From positions 85,818-149,817 of the IMG/VR virus record IMGVR_UViG_3300035670_000026: a DNA stretch of 64,000 nucleotides. One strand, written 5' to 3'. Below the pieces are notes generated by a model that was given only the letters and a program-made list of their open reading frames with translations, did not search any database and was not told where the DNA came from. The first letter of the stretch is position 1. Every line of letters begins with the position of its first letter. The position numbers and the translations under genes are program-made. This stretch comes from a virus. Of this stretch, positions 38,681-49,174 are shown in pieces.

Positions 38681-40126
38681 ATGAACAATAGTTTTGCTTA
38701 TCTGCCACCAGAGCAGCGTAAAAAAATTTTACTTATTACAGACGATATCAGAGCACACTCAGGCGTAGCTACTGTTTCTAGGGAAATTGTAATTCACACC
38801 GCCCATCACTTTAATTGGGTAAATGTTGGAGGTTCTATTAAACATCCAGATGCTGGTAAACGATTTGATTTATCTCAATCAACCAATGAACAACTTGGAA
38901 TTACTGATTCTTCAGTAATTGTATATCCTGTTCACGAATATGGAGGACCAGATTTAATCCGTCAACTTATTGATATTGAAAAACCAGATGCTATAATGTT
39001 GGTTACAGACCCACGTTATTTTGTTTGGTTATTCATGATGGAAAATGAAATCCGTAAAAATATTCCTATTACTTATCTTAACATTTGGGATGATTATCCA
39101 GCACCTTTGTATAATAAAGCATTTTATGAAGCGTGTGATTTGTTGATGGGTATCTCTAAACAAACTGTAAATATTAATCAAATTGTTTTAGGGAATAAAT
39201 CGAAAAATAAAATTTTACGTTATGTTCCTCATGGTTTGAATAGTGATATTATGTCTCCCATTACTTCTGAAAATACAGAAAAATGGAATCATTTACAGGA
39301 ATTTAAGAAAAATTTGTTTGGTGGTAAAGAATATGATTTTGTTTTATTTTTTAATTCTAGAAATATTCGCCGTAAACAAATTCCTGATACAATGTTAGCT
39401 TACAAGTACTTTATTGATAAATTACCTGTTGAAAAAGCTAAAAAATGTGCTTTAGTTCTTCATACCGAATTAGTAACAGAACATGGAACGGATTTGTTAG
39501 CCATTCAAGAATTATTCTTAAATGGAGATCAGTATAATGTAATTTTTACTAATAAAGTATTTAACACATACGAAATGAGTTTACTTTATAATAGTACTGA
39601 TTGTCAAATTCTTTTAACATCTAATGAGGGTTGGGGATTAAGCATTACAGAAGCTATTTTATGTGGTAATCCAATAATTGCTAATGTAACAGGAGGTATG
39701 CAAGACCAAATGCGTTTTGAAGATGAAGAAGGTAATTGGTTTACTCCATCACCTGAAATTCCTTCAAACCATACTGGACGATATAAAAAACATGGTAAAT
39801 GGGCTTTCCCAGTATTCCCTACTAATCGTTCAATTCAGGGTTCTCCTCAAACACCTTATATTTGGGATGATAGATGCCGATCCGAAGATGCAGCTGAACA
39901 AATTATGAATGTTTATAATTTAGGAAGCAAAGACAGAAAAGAAGCTGGTTTGGCTGGTCGTGAATGGGCTTTAAACGAAGCCGGATTTACCATGACTAAA
40001 CAAGCTGAAAGAGTTATTGAAGCATTTGATACTTTATTTGAAAATTGGACTCCAAGAGAAAAATTTGAGTTCATTAATGTAAATGAAGTAGAAGATAGAA
40101 TTGTTAAACACGAATTGTTATATTAA
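38681..40126 (+). CDS. GT-B (GT4-like) glycosyltransferase
   Basis: SGVA, PHG, RNIRRK, EGWGL..TEA and TGG motifs. Confidence 0.85.
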   Translation: MNNSFAYLPPEQRKKILLITDDIRAHSGVATVSREIVIHTAHHFNWVNVGGSIKHPDAGKRFDLSQSTNEQLGITDSSVIVYPVHEYGGPDLIRQLIDIEKPDAIMLVTDPRYFVWLFMMENEIRKNIPITYLNIWDDYPAPLYNKAFYEACDLLMGISKQTVNINQIVLGNKSKNKILRYVPHGLNSDIMSPITSENTEKWNHLQEFKKNLFGGKEYDFVLFFNSRNIRRKQIPDTMLAYKYFIDKLPVEKAKKCALVLHTELVTEHGTDLLAIQELFLNGDQYNVIFTNKVFNTYEMSLLYNSTDCQILLTSNEGWGLSITEAILCGNPIIANVTGGMQDQMRFEDEEGNWFTPSPEIPSNHTGRYKKHGKWAFPVFPTNRSIQGSPQTPYIWDDRCRSEDAAEQIMNVYNLGSKDRKEAGLAGREWALNEAGFTMTKQAERVIEAFDTLFENWTPREKFEFINVNEVEDRIVKHELLY

Positions 40127-40127
40127 T

Positions 40128-41420
40128 ATGAAACCGTTATTTGTAATAAGTTCTCCTTTCGACACATACAGTGGTTATGGTGCTCGTTCTAGAGATTTGA
40201 TTAAAGCTATTGTCGAAACTGACAAATATAATGTAAGACTACTATCTCAGAGATGGGGTATTACACCATTTGGATTTTGTAAAGATAATCCTGAATGGAA
40301 GTTCCTTTATGATTTAACATTACCAAACAATCAACTTCCCAAACAACCAGAAATTTGGGCTCAAGTAACCATCCCAAATGAATTCCAACCTGTTGGAAAA
40401 TACAATATTGGATTTACTGCTGGTATTGAAACTACGTTGTGTGCTGGAGATTGGATTGAAGGAATGAATAGAATGGATATCAACTTTGTATCCTCAGAAC
40501 ATTCGAAAAAAGTATTCCAAGAAACAACTTTTGAAAAAAGAAATAAACATACTAATGCTTTAGAAGGTAATGTTAAATTAGAAAAACCTATTGAAGTATT
40601 ATTTGAAGGAGCAAATATTAATATCTACAAACCAGATGATAGACCTTGTTTAATTGATTTTAATATTCCTGAAAAATTTGCTTATTTATTTGTTGGTCAT
40701 TGGATTAATGGAGATTTAGGTGAAGATCGAAAAAATGTAGGTTTGTTAATTAAAGCGTTTTATGAAACATTTAAAAACAAAACTAACAAACCAGCACTTA
40801 TTTTAAAAACATCTCAAGCTGGTTCTTCATATGTTGACAGAGAAGAAATTCTTAAAAAAATTAGACAAATCCGTAAAACAGTAAATTCTAAAAATCTTCC
40901 TAATGTTTATTTACTTCATGGTGAATTTACAGATGAAGAAATGAATTCACTTTATAACCATTCTAAGGTAAAAGCGATGATTAGTTTAACTAAAGGTGAA
41001 GGTTTTGGACGCCCATTACTTGAATTTACTTTAAATAAAAAACCATTAATTACTACAGGTTGGTCGGGACAAATGGATTTTCTTAATCCTGAATTTACTA
41101 CTTTGATTGGAGGTCAATTAACTAATGTTCATCCAAGTTCTGTTAATCAATGGTTGTTAGCTGAAAGCCAATGGTTATCTCCCGACCACGGACAAATTGG
41201 ACATTTCTTAAAAGATGTTTTTGAAAACTATAAAAACTATACTGATGGAGCTAAACGTCAAGCATTTTATAGCAAAACAAACTTTAGTTGGGATAAAATG
41301 AAGGAAAAATTAGCTGATTTTTTAACAAAAAATGTTCCTGAATTTCCTGCTGAAGTAAAATTAAAAATGCCTTCAATGAAAAAAATTGAATTACCTAAAT
41401 TAGAAAAAATAAATGGATAA
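40128..41420 (+). CDS. GT-B (GT4-like) glycosyltransferase
   Basis: SGYG, RKN, GEGFGRPLLE and WSGQ.DF motifs; start at ATG 40128. Confidence 0.85.
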   Translation: MKPLFVISSPFDTYSGYGARSRDLIKAIVETDKYNVRLLSQRWGITPFGFCKDNPEWKFLYDLTLPNNQLPKQPEIWAQVTIPNEFQPVGKYNIGFTAGIETTLCAGDWIEGMNRMDINFVSSEHSKKVFQETTFEKRNKHTNALEGNVKLEKPIEVLFEGANINIYKPDDRPCLIDFNIPEKFAYLFVGHWINGDLGEDRKNVGLLIKAFYETFKNKTNKPALILKTSQAGSSYVDREEILKKIRQIRKTVNSKNLPNVYLLHGEFTDEEMNSLYNHSKVKAMISLTKGEGFGRPLLEFTLNKKPLITTGWSGQMDFLNPEFTTLIGGQLTNVHPSSVNQWLLAESQWLSPDHGQIGHFLKDVFENYKNYTDGAKRQAFYSKTNFSWDKMKEKLADFLTKNVPEFPAEVKLKMPSMKKIELPKLEKING

Positions 41421-41868
41421 CCTAATTAATTGCACTCGTTGTGGTTCTGATGCTTGTTATATAGATGAAGTAAATCAGGATATTAAAACTTATTTTTGTT
41501 ATGGATGCGGTTTTCAAACTAATTCATTAATGAAAGTAGGAGAATCATTTTATGAAGAACAAATAAATATTTTACCTGAACTCTATAAAGACTTAATGGT
41601 TGAAGACCAAGATGGTAAAATTTGGATGCCCTCAACTATAAATTTACCTCAACAAGGTATGATTTTTGCTAATGGGTCTGATTCAAGAAATTGGGGATGG
41701 TCAGCAGTAAAAGCTGTTCCTGTTAGTGAAGAAGAAAAAGAAAAATATCCTATTCCTGGTAAAAAAGGAGAATTTTATGAATGGAGAATGGATATGACTA
41801 CTATAAAAAACTTTGTTGAACGTGATTTTATAGATGCTCTTTCGTACATTGGAGTTTTACCGGAATAA
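41413..41868 (+). CDS. Zinc-ribbon hypothetical protein
   Basis: CTRC...CYGC. Confidence 0.6.
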   Translation: MDNLINCTRCGSDACYIDEVNQDIKTYFCYGCGFQTNSLMKVGESFYEEQINILPELYKDLMVEDQDGKIWMPSTINLPQQGMIFANGSDSRNWGWSAVKAVPVSEEEKEKYPIPGKKGEFYEWRMDMTTIKNFVERDFIDALSYIGVLPE

Positions 41869-41879
41869 AATATAATAAT

Positions 41880-43019
41880 ATGAAAAAAATATGGTACGCC
41901 CCTTATAAATTTGAATCTTATGGGGAAGAAGAAATCAAAGCTGTAGAAGAATCACTCCGTTCAGGATGGTTAGGTGGACAAGGTCCTAAATCAGTTGAAT
42001 TTGAAGAAAAAATTGCTAAGCGATTTGGTAAAAAATATGGTATATTTGTCAACTCAGGTTCATCTGCATGTTTATTAGCTATTGCTGCTTTAAATTTACC
42101 TAAAGGGTGTAAAATTATTACTCCATCCTGTACATTTTCAACAACATTAGCTCCTATCCTTCAACTTGGTTACAAACCAGTATTTGTAGATGTAGGATTA
42201 GATGACTATGTAGCTAATATTGACCAAGTAGTAGCAGCTATAACTCCAGACGTAAAAGCAATTATGTTACCTAACTTAATTGGTAATAAACCAGATTGGA
42301 AACGTTTGAAACAAGAAATTAAATTATTAGGTAGAACTGATATTATCTTGATTGAAGATTCAGCTGATACAATTACAGAGACTCAAGAATCAGATGTTGC
42401 TACAACTAGCTTTTATGCCTCACATGTAATTACAGCTGGTGGGGTAGGAGGAATGGTAATGTTTAATGATAAAAAGCATGTTGCTTTAGCATTACAATAT
42501 CGTGATTGGGGTCGTTTAGGTGATGATTCAGAAATCATGGATGATCGTTTTAATCATATAGTAGATGGTATTCCTTACGATCATAAATTCTTATACTCAG
42601 TTCTAGGATATCATATGAAAGCGAGTGAAATGAATGCTGCTTTTGGTTTGGTTCAACTTCATCGCTTTGAAAAATTTGAACAAATTCGTAGAGCAAATAT
42701 TGAACGTTACATTGAAAATCTTCAAGGTGTAGGCGATTTGATTCTACCAGATGATTCAATTAAACCAAATTGGTTAGCTATTCCTCTTCAAACAGAACGT
42801 CGTTTTGAATTGCTTACTTTCCTAGAAAATAACAACATTCAAACCCGTGTTACATTTGCGGGTAACGTAACTCGCCACCCAGCTTATAGAGAATTCTTAC
42901 AAGATTTTAAAAATGCTGATACTATTATGAAAAATGGCTTCTTATTAGGTGCACACCATGGAATGACTATTGAAGATGTAGATTACGTTTGTGATAAAAT
43001 CAAGGAATTCTTTGCTTAA
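41880..43019 (+). CDS. DegT-family PLP/PMP enzyme, ColD/RfbH-like sugar 3-dehydratase
   Basis: NSGSSA and IEDSAD; SFYASH has His at the usual Lys position; DWGR without the Fe-S cysteines. Confidence 0.75.
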   Translation: MKKIWYAPYKFESYGEEEIKAVEESLRSGWLGGQGPKSVEFEEKIAKRFGKKYGIFVNSGSSACLLAIAALNLPKGCKIITPSCTFSTTLAPILQLGYKPVFVDVGLDDYVANIDQVVAAITPDVKAIMLPNLIGNKPDWKRLKQEIKLLGRTDIILIEDSADTITETQESDVATTSFYASHVITAGGVGGMVMFNDKKHVALALQYRDWGRLGDDSEIMDDRFNHIVDGIPYDHKFLYSVLGYHMKASEMNAAFGLVQLHRFEKFEQIRRANIERYIENLQGVGDLILPDDSIKPNWLAIPLQTERRFELLTFLENNNIQTRVTFAGNVTRHPAYREFLQDFKNADTIMKNGFLLGAHHGMTIEDVDYVCDKIKEFFA

Positions 43020-43711
43020 TGAAAGCAGTAATTTTAGGAAATGGAATACTAGGTAATGAATTAGCCAAACAAACAGGGTGGGATATTTTATCCCGCTCTG
43101 TTAATGGCATTGATTTAACTGATATTACTACTTGGGCCCATAAATTACTTCCTTATGATACTATTATTAATTGTATAGCTTACACTAATACTTACGATAA
43201 TAATAAAACTAAACATTGGGATACTAATTATAAAGCAGTTGTTGAATTAATGGATTATTGTAATAATCATTATAAAAAACTAGTTCATGTTTCAACTGAT
43301 TATGTCTATGCTAATTCAATTGGAACTCCAGATGAAGAAGGAGTACCGGTACATCAATCAACTTACTATGCTTATACAAAATTACTAGCTGATGGTTATA
43401 TTGAGTTAAAAGGTAAAAATTATTTAATTTTACGAGGAACTCATAAACCTACTCCATTCCCTTATGAGGGTGCTTGGACAAATCACTTAGGTAATTTTGA
43501 TTATATTAATGTAATTGTTGATTTTTATATCAAATTGATAAAAAAAGATGCTAAAGGTATCTTTAATGTTGGTACTAAGTTTAAAAGTATGTATCGTTTA
43601 GCAAGAGAGACAAATCCAAATGTTAAACCTATACTTAACAATGATATTAGAGTCCCGCTAGATGTAAATATGAATGTTTCAAAATTAAATAAATTTTTAT
43701 ATGAAGATTAG
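43019..43711 (+). CDS. RmlD-like NDP-sugar reductase
   Basis: GNGILG, NCIAYT, STDYVY and YAYTK. Confidence 0.8.
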   Translation: MKAVILGNGILGNELAKQTGWDILSRSVNGIDLTDITTWAHKLLPYDTIINCIAYTNTYDNNKTKHWDTNYKAVVELMDYCNNHYKKLVHVSTDYVYANSIGTPDEEGVPVHQSTYYAYTKLLADGYIELKGKNYLILRGTHKPTPFPYEGAWTNHLGNFDYINVIVDFYIKLIKKDAKGIFNVGTKFKSMYRLARETNPNVKPILNNDIRVPLDVNMNVSKLNKFLYED

Positions 43712-44342
43712 TTATGCTATTTTAACTCACAATGAAGGTGAGTACATTGCCGAATTACTTACGTTATTAACCACATATAAGCGTGATATAGACGAAATTG
43801 TTGTAGTTGACGATTACTCTACTGATGAAAAAACCAAGTTTATATTAAACGATCTTAAAGATTTAATTAAACTTGAATATAGAACTTTTGATGGCGACCA
43901 TACTCAAAAGAATTATTTAAATAGTTTATGTAGTGGAGATTATATTCTTCAACTTGATGCTGATGAATTAGTTAAACCTGAGTTTTTAGAAATGCTTCCT
44001 GAATTATTGGAGGAAAATCAAGAAACAGATTTGTTTATTATGCCTCGTATCAATACAGTAGAAGGATTAACTCCTGAATATATTCAAAAATGGAGATGGA
44101 ATGTAAATGAAAAAGGATGGGTTAACTTTCCTGATTGGCAAATGCGTCTTTATAGAAATTGTGATTGGGTAAAATGGGATGGTTTGCTTCATAGTAAAAT
44201 TGAAGGACATAAAACATATGTTTTCTTACCTGCTGAAGAGTTATTTTGTATAATTCATCCTAAACAATTAGATAGGCAAGTTGAACAAAACGACTTATAT
44301 GATAAAATTGAACAAAATGGAAGAAGTAAATATAAAGTATGA
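43701..44342 (+). CDS. GT2 glycosyltransferase
   Basis: THNE, VDDYSTD, LDADE and PD.Q.RL. Confidence 0.85.
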   Translation: MKISYAILTHNEGEYIAELLTLLTTYKRDIDEIVVVDDYSTDEKTKFILNDLKDLIKLEYRTFDGDHTQKNYLNSLCSGDYILQLDADELVKPEFLEMLPELLEENQETDLFIMPRINTVEGLTPEYIQKWRWNVNEKGWVNFPDWQMRLYRNCDWVKWDGLLHSKIEGHKTYVFLPAEELFCIIHPKQLDRQVEQNDLYDKIEQNGRSKYKV

Positions 44343-45031
44343 ATTTAGTTATTGCACCTGCTGGTGATAAATCTCTTTATCTTGAATGGTTAAATGGAGA
44401 ATCAAACTTTGAGTTGGTTTTGCTTTACTATGGAGATGATATTGAAGTAGCTAAATCTTTTACAAAACATACTCCTCACGTTTATGCCTCTAAAGGTTTT
44501 AAATGGTGGTTAATTAAATCCTTTATTGAAGATAATTTAGAATGGGTATCTCAATTTGAATATATCTGGCTCCCGGATGATGATTTAAGTATAGATACTA
44601 AAAGTATTAACGAATTATTTGAAATAGCTAAAAAATATTCTCTTTGGTTGTGTCAACCTGCTCTTTTAGGTTATGCTTCTCATAATATAACTTTGCCTCG
44701 AGAAAATTCTTTATTACGTTATACCAACTTTGTTGAAGTAATGGCTCCATTAATGAATTTAGATACATTATTAAAATTAAAAGAAACATTTGATGTTAAT
44801 TATTCATCTTGGGGTTTGGATGGAGTATGGCCTTACTTGTTAGGTAATCCTAAAGATAAAGTAGCTATTATAGATGCCATAAAAATGATTCATACAAAAC
44901 CACCTAAAAGTCCTGAATTATATTCTAAAATTCCACATTCATTAGAATATGATACTAACTTAGCTTTTGAAAAATATACCTCGGGAGAAAGTTTCCCACA
45001 TACTGAATACACACAAATACCTTTAATTTAA
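44339..45031 (+). CDS. DUF707-like (GT-A-related) protein
   Basis: YIWLPDDDL, QPAL, TNFVEVMAP and WGLD. Confidence 0.7.
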   Translation: MNLVIAPAGDKSLYLEWLNGESNFELVLLYYGDDIEVAKSFTKHTPHVYASKGFKWWLIKSFIEDNLEWVSQFEYIWLPDDDLSIDTKSINELFEIAKKYSLWLCQPALLGYASHNITLPRENSLLRYTNFVEVMAPLMNLDTLLKLKETFDVNYSSWGLDGVWPYLLGNPKDKVAIIDAIKMIHTKPPKSPELYSKIPHSLEYDTNLAFEKYTSGESFPHTEYTQIPLI

Positions 45032-45032
45032 A

Positions 45033-45434
45033 ATGAAAAGAAAATACCTACCAACCCTTAGCGAATTAGTAGATAGATTGTCTATTGTTCAACTCAAAGA
45101 AGTATTCATTTCAGAACATAAAGAAGAATACTCTCAGGAAATAGCGGATATTGTTCACGATATTCAATTGCTATTGGATGAACAAGAGGGTATCATCACA
45201 GCCGAAACTATCCGTGCTATAGTTGTATTAGCGCAAATGAATTTACATATATGGCATAATGAATCTAATTATCGTAAGGGTATTAAAGACGGTAATAACC
45301 TGGAATTAACGCATGGTTTAAATGGTATCCGCAACGTAGCAAAAAACCGTATTCAAGAAGTAGTAGGAGGACGTAAAGATTATAAGATTGATTGTTTAGC
45401 TGCTGATTTTAAAGATTGGGAAATTAGTTGGTAA
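45033..45434 (+). CDS. Small helical protein of the type found in glycosylation loci (DUF4254/DUF6165-like)
   Basis: SELVDRLSI..LK, N..IWH.E and N..RN..K..I. Confidence 0.5.
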   Translation: MKRKYLPTLSELVDRLSIVQLKEVFISEHKEEYSQEIADIVHDIQLLLDEQEGIITAETIRAIVVLAQMNLHIWHNESNYRKGIKDGNNLELTHGLNGIRNVAKNRIQEVVGGRKDYKIDCLAADFKDWEISW

Positions 45435-45435
45435 T

Positions 45436-46323
45436 ATGGATAAAAAATTAGTTTTTAATATTACTTTTCACAACCAGTTAGAACATTTAAAATTTCATCT
45501 GGACACAATCACTCAGTGGGATTGTAATAAAAATACTGAATTTGTTATTACAAGTGCCCATAAAGAAAATATCAATGAAATTAAACGTTATTGTGATTTA
45601 AATTTTCCAAAACATATTTTTGATTTCTTTTTTGTTGAAGAAGATAGGGGTTACCATAAAGGAACCTTGTATAATGTTAATGAAGGTATAAAATATATTA
45701 ATACTTTTAAACAATATGATTATTTAATAAATGTAGAAGGTGATAATATGTTTTACGATGAATCCAAATTCTTAAATTTAATTAAGGAAATGGAAACAAA
45801 AGATAAACATTTATTAATTGTAGATTGGATTACAAAAGGTCATTTTCTTTATACTAACTATGTAAATTTACCTAAATATCATTCACTTACTACATTAAAC
45901 ATTTATAGTAAGTATTTTATTGATAATCATTATCCTTTAGATTATTATGAACAAATTATAGATTTAGGATGGCAAGGAAATCCAGGAACACCTTTTGAGG
46001 ATTACTTGAGTATGGCTTTTAATATAAAACATTCTTTAGATACTGAAGGTAAAATTTTAGGATATTTTAATAAATGGGCATATTACTTAAATTATGATAT
46101 GTCTTGGAAGATAACTCCAAACCATGGAATCTGTACCAAAAATTCATATTATGATTTTGATAAAAAATGTTTTGTTTGTTGTGGTGAAGATATTCCTATT
46201 TACGTTTATATCCCAAATGCTCATATTCCCGATAGATTTATAAAATACGGACTTGTATTGTTTACAAAAGAAGTAGAACCTACTTTAAAATTTATAGAAT
46301 TATATAAACCTTATTTAAATTAA
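45436..46323 (+). CDS. Hypothetical GT-A-like protein
   Basis: GYH.G and EGD motifs; lies within the sugar island. Confidence 0.45.
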   Translation: MDKKLVFNITFHNQLEHLKFHLDTITQWDCNKNTEFVITSAHKENINEIKRYCDLNFPKHIFDFFFVEEDRGYHKGTLYNVNEGIKYINTFKQYDYLINVEGDNMFYDESKFLNLIKEMETKDKHLLIVDWITKGHFLYTNYVNLPKYHSLTTLNIYSKYFIDNHYPLDYYEQIIDLGWQGNPGTPFEDYLSMAFNIKHSLDTEGKILGYFNKWAYYLNYDMSWKITPNHGICTKNSYYDFDKKCFVCCGEDIPIYVYIPNAHIPDRFIKYGLVLFTKEVEPTLKFIELYKPYLN

Positions 46324-46324
46324 T

Positions 46325-47077
46325 ATGAAATTTTTAGTTATAGGAGATAGTTGTTTTGATGTTTACGTTTATTGTAAATCAACTCGTTTTTGTCCTGATG
46401 CTCCGGTTCCTGTTTTAAATCCTATTCGCACAGTTAGTTCTTTAGGAATGGCAGGAAATGTAGTAGATAATTTGAAAGGATTAGAAGCAAATGTTGATTT
46501 TATTACTAACGAAGAATTAATTAAAAAGATTCGTTATGTTGATGATAGAACAAATCACATGTTTATTAGAATTGACGAAGGAGAATCAACTAACATCCAA
46601 CGAATCTCAAAATCAGTTTTAGAAAATATAAAATGGGATGATTATGAGGCAGTAATTGTAAGTGATTATTGTAAAGGATTTTTATTGGAAGAAGATATTA
46701 AATATATTTCTAGAAATCACCCACTTACCTTTTTAGATACTAAAAAACAATTAAATGGATTTGCTGATGATTTTACATTTATTAAAATTAATGATGTGGA
46801 ATACAATAAAACAAAACATACAATCCAACCACATTTAAATGAAAAATTAATTGTAACTTTAGGTTCTAAAGGAGCAAGATATAAAAACAAAACATACCCC
46901 GTAAAACAAGTTGATGTAAGAGATACAAGTGGAGCTGGAGATACATTTATAGCAGGTTTAACATACAAATATGCTTTAAGTTTAGATATAACTAAAGCTA
47001 TTAAATTCGCAAACCAATGCTCAAGTCAAGTAGTACAGAAAAAAGGAACAGCAAAAGTAAATATTAATGAATTATGA
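46325..47077 (+). CDS. PfkB-family kinase, HldE/RfaE heptose-7-phosphate kinase-like
   Basis: IGD..DVY, PDAPVPV, G.AGNV, SDY.KG and DTSGAGDTF. Confidence 0.85.
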   Translation: MKFLVIGDSCFDVYVYCKSTRFCPDAPVPVLNPIRTVSSLGMAGNVVDNLKGLEANVDFITNEELIKKIRYVDDRTNHMFIRIDEGESTNIQRISKSVLENIKWDDYEAVIVSDYCKGFLLEEDIKYISRNHPLTFLDTKKQLNGFADDFTFIKINDVEYNKTKHTIQPHLNEKLIVTLGSKGARYKNKTYPVKQVDVRDTSGAGDTFIAGLTYKYALSLDITKAIKFANQCSSQVVQKKGTAKVNINEL

Positions 47078-47589
47078 AATACACTTATAGTAAAACCCTC
47101 CCAGAGGTAGCAATTATCCAACCCGATATCCACTATGATTATAGAGGAGAATATATTGAAACTTGGAACAAAGAATATTATAAATCCCTAGGAGATATCG
47201 ATTTTAAACAAGACGATATTAGCACCTCAGTAAGACATACATTAAGAGGATTACACGGAGACAATGTAACCTGGAAACTAGTACAATGTCTTTATGGTTC
47301 ATTACTCCAGGTAGTTGTTGATATGAGAACTGATAGTAAAAATTATCTTAAGTACGATATGTTTCCTATTAATGATAAAAATAGAAAACAAATTTTAATT
47401 CCTCCTGGATTTGCAAATGGACATTTAGTTATGAGTGAATTTGGTATTTTCTCATATAAACAATCTACTCTATATACCGGAGCAGATGCTCAATTTACTG
47501 TTAGATGGGATGACCCTAAGTTAAATATAGCTTGGCCTATTATAAACCCAATATTATCATCACGAGATAAAAACGCAAACCTACTATGA
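47074..47589 (+). CDS. rmlC: NDP-4-keto-sugar 3,5-epimerase (RmlC-like cupin)
   Basis: D.RG...E, LRGLH, KLV.C, IPPGFANG and W.DP. Confidence 0.85.
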   Translation: MKYTYSKTLPEVAIIQPDIHYDYRGEYIETWNKEYYKSLGDIDFKQDDISTSVRHTLRGLHGDNVTWKLVQCLYGSLLQVVVDMRTDSKNYLKYDMFPINDKNRKQILIPPGFANGHLVMSEFGIFSYKQSTLYTGADAQFTVRWDDPKLNIAWPIINPILSSRDKNANLL

Positions 47590-48536
47590 AAATACTAATT
47601 ACCGGAGCTGCAGGTTATATAGGTTCAGTATTAATTGATTACCTATTTTCTAACCATGATGAAATGTTTGATAAAATTATTGCTGTCGATAGTTTAATGT
47701 ATAATCAAACAACATTAACCCAATATTGTCATAGAGACGAATTCGAGTTTCATAAACTTGATGTTCGTGATTATGATAAAATGCTTCCATTAGTACAAGA
47801 AGCAGATGTAATTATTCCTTTAGCTTGCATCGTTGGAATGCCAGCTTGTAAAAAATATCCTGAACTTACAGTAGCAACTAACCAAGAAGCAATTCAGTGG
47901 TTAACTAAAGTAACTCGTCCTGATCAAAAAATTATTTTCCCAACTACAAATAGTGGTTATGGAATCGGTCAAGATGGAATTCACTGTACTGAAGAAACAC
48001 CTTTAAATCCAATTTCACTTTATGGTGTAACTAAAACCGAAGCTGAAAAATCATTATTAGAAAATGGAAACGCGGTTACACTAAGATTAGCTACAGTGTT
48101 TGGTATGTCTTCTCGTATGCGTTTAGATTTATTAGTAAATGATTTTACGTACAAAGCATATAAAGATCAATATATTGTATTATTTGAATCTCACTTTAAA
48201 CGTAATTTTATTCACATTAGAGATATAGCTTACACATTTGTATTTACCATTCAGAATTTTAATAAAATGAAAGGCCAAGCATTTAATGTAGGTTTAAGTT
48301 CAGCTAATATTAGTAAAAAAGAATTATGCGAAACTATTAAAACATTTATTCCTGAATTTTATATTGCTGAAAGTGAAATTAATGAAGATCCAGATAAACG
48401 AAATTATATTGTAAGTAATGATAAATTAGAATCATTAGGTTGGTATCCTAAATTTACACTAGAAGAAGGTATTGCTGAATTACTTAAAGCATATCCTATT
48501 ATTGAAAACTCAAATAATAATTTTACAAATTTATAA
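47586..48536 (+). CDS. NAD-dependent sugar epimerase/dehydratase (SDR)
   Basis: TGAAGYIGS, YGVTK and RLDLLVN. Confidence 0.88.
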   Translation: MKILITGAAGYIGSVLIDYLFSNHDEMFDKIIAVDSLMYNQTTLTQYCHRDEFEFHKLDVRDYDKMLPLVQEADVIIPLACIVGMPACKKYPELTVATNQEAIQWLTKVTRPDQKIIFPTTNSGYGIGQDGIHCTEETPLNPISLYGVTKTEAEKSLLENGNAVTLRLATVFGMSSRMRLDLLVNDFTYKAYKDQYIVLFESHFKRNFIHIRDIAYTFVFTIQNFNKMKGQAFNVGLSSANISKKELCETIKTFIPEFYIAESEINEDPDKRNYIVSNDKLESLGWYPKFTLEEGIAELLKAYPIIENSNNNFTNL

Positions 48537-49174
48537 TGAATACTCAATTTCAACAATTTAATAGATTATACGACCAAATTTTCCAAACTACATTGTTTGG
48601 AGGACCTGGTACTGGTCATACAAAATGTGGTGATAGTGACCAACATTTGATGACTTTATTTGCTTTAGTATTGCAAACACGAGCAAAAAACATTCTAGAA
48701 TTAGGAGTAAGATATGGTGATACTTCACTCCCCTTAGCAATGGGTGCTTCTATTACTGGTGGAGTTGTTGAAGCAGTTGATATTGAACCAACAGAATGGG
48801 ATTGTCCTGAAATTCTAAAACCCCACTATAAATTCCATTTATCAGATGCTATTGATTACTTATATAATGCTAATAAAATTTATGATATAATTTACATAGA
48901 TGATTGGCATACTTATCCTCACGTAAAAACAGAATTAGAACTTATTGATAGACTTTCAGATGAAAATACTCTTATTTTATTACATGATTTGATGGGTAAC
49001 AATTGTACTCCAAAATATTTCCAACCTCTTTCTTTACAAGGAACAGAATGGGACGAAGGTGGCCCTTTTAGAGCAGTAAATGAATTAAATCCGGATAAAT
49101 GGGAATGGATGACTATTCCTGTAAATAATGGATTAACTTTATTAAGAAAACGTTCTGAAATAATAAATTTTTAA
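48536..49174 (+). CDS. Class I SAM-dependent methyltransferase (Methyltransf_24-like)
   Basis: LELGVRYG, IYIDDWH.Y and LLHD. Confidence 0.8.
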   Translation: MNTQFQQFNRLYDQIFQTTLFGGPGTGHTKCGDSDQHLMTLFALVLQTRAKNILELGVRYGDTSLPLAMGASITGGVVEAVDIEPTEWDCPEILKPHYKFHLSDAIDYLYNANKIYDIIYIDDWHTYPHVKTELELIDRLSDENTLILLHDLMGNNCTPKYFQPLSLQGTEWDEGGPFRAVNELNPDKWEWMTIPVNNGLTLLRKRSEIINF

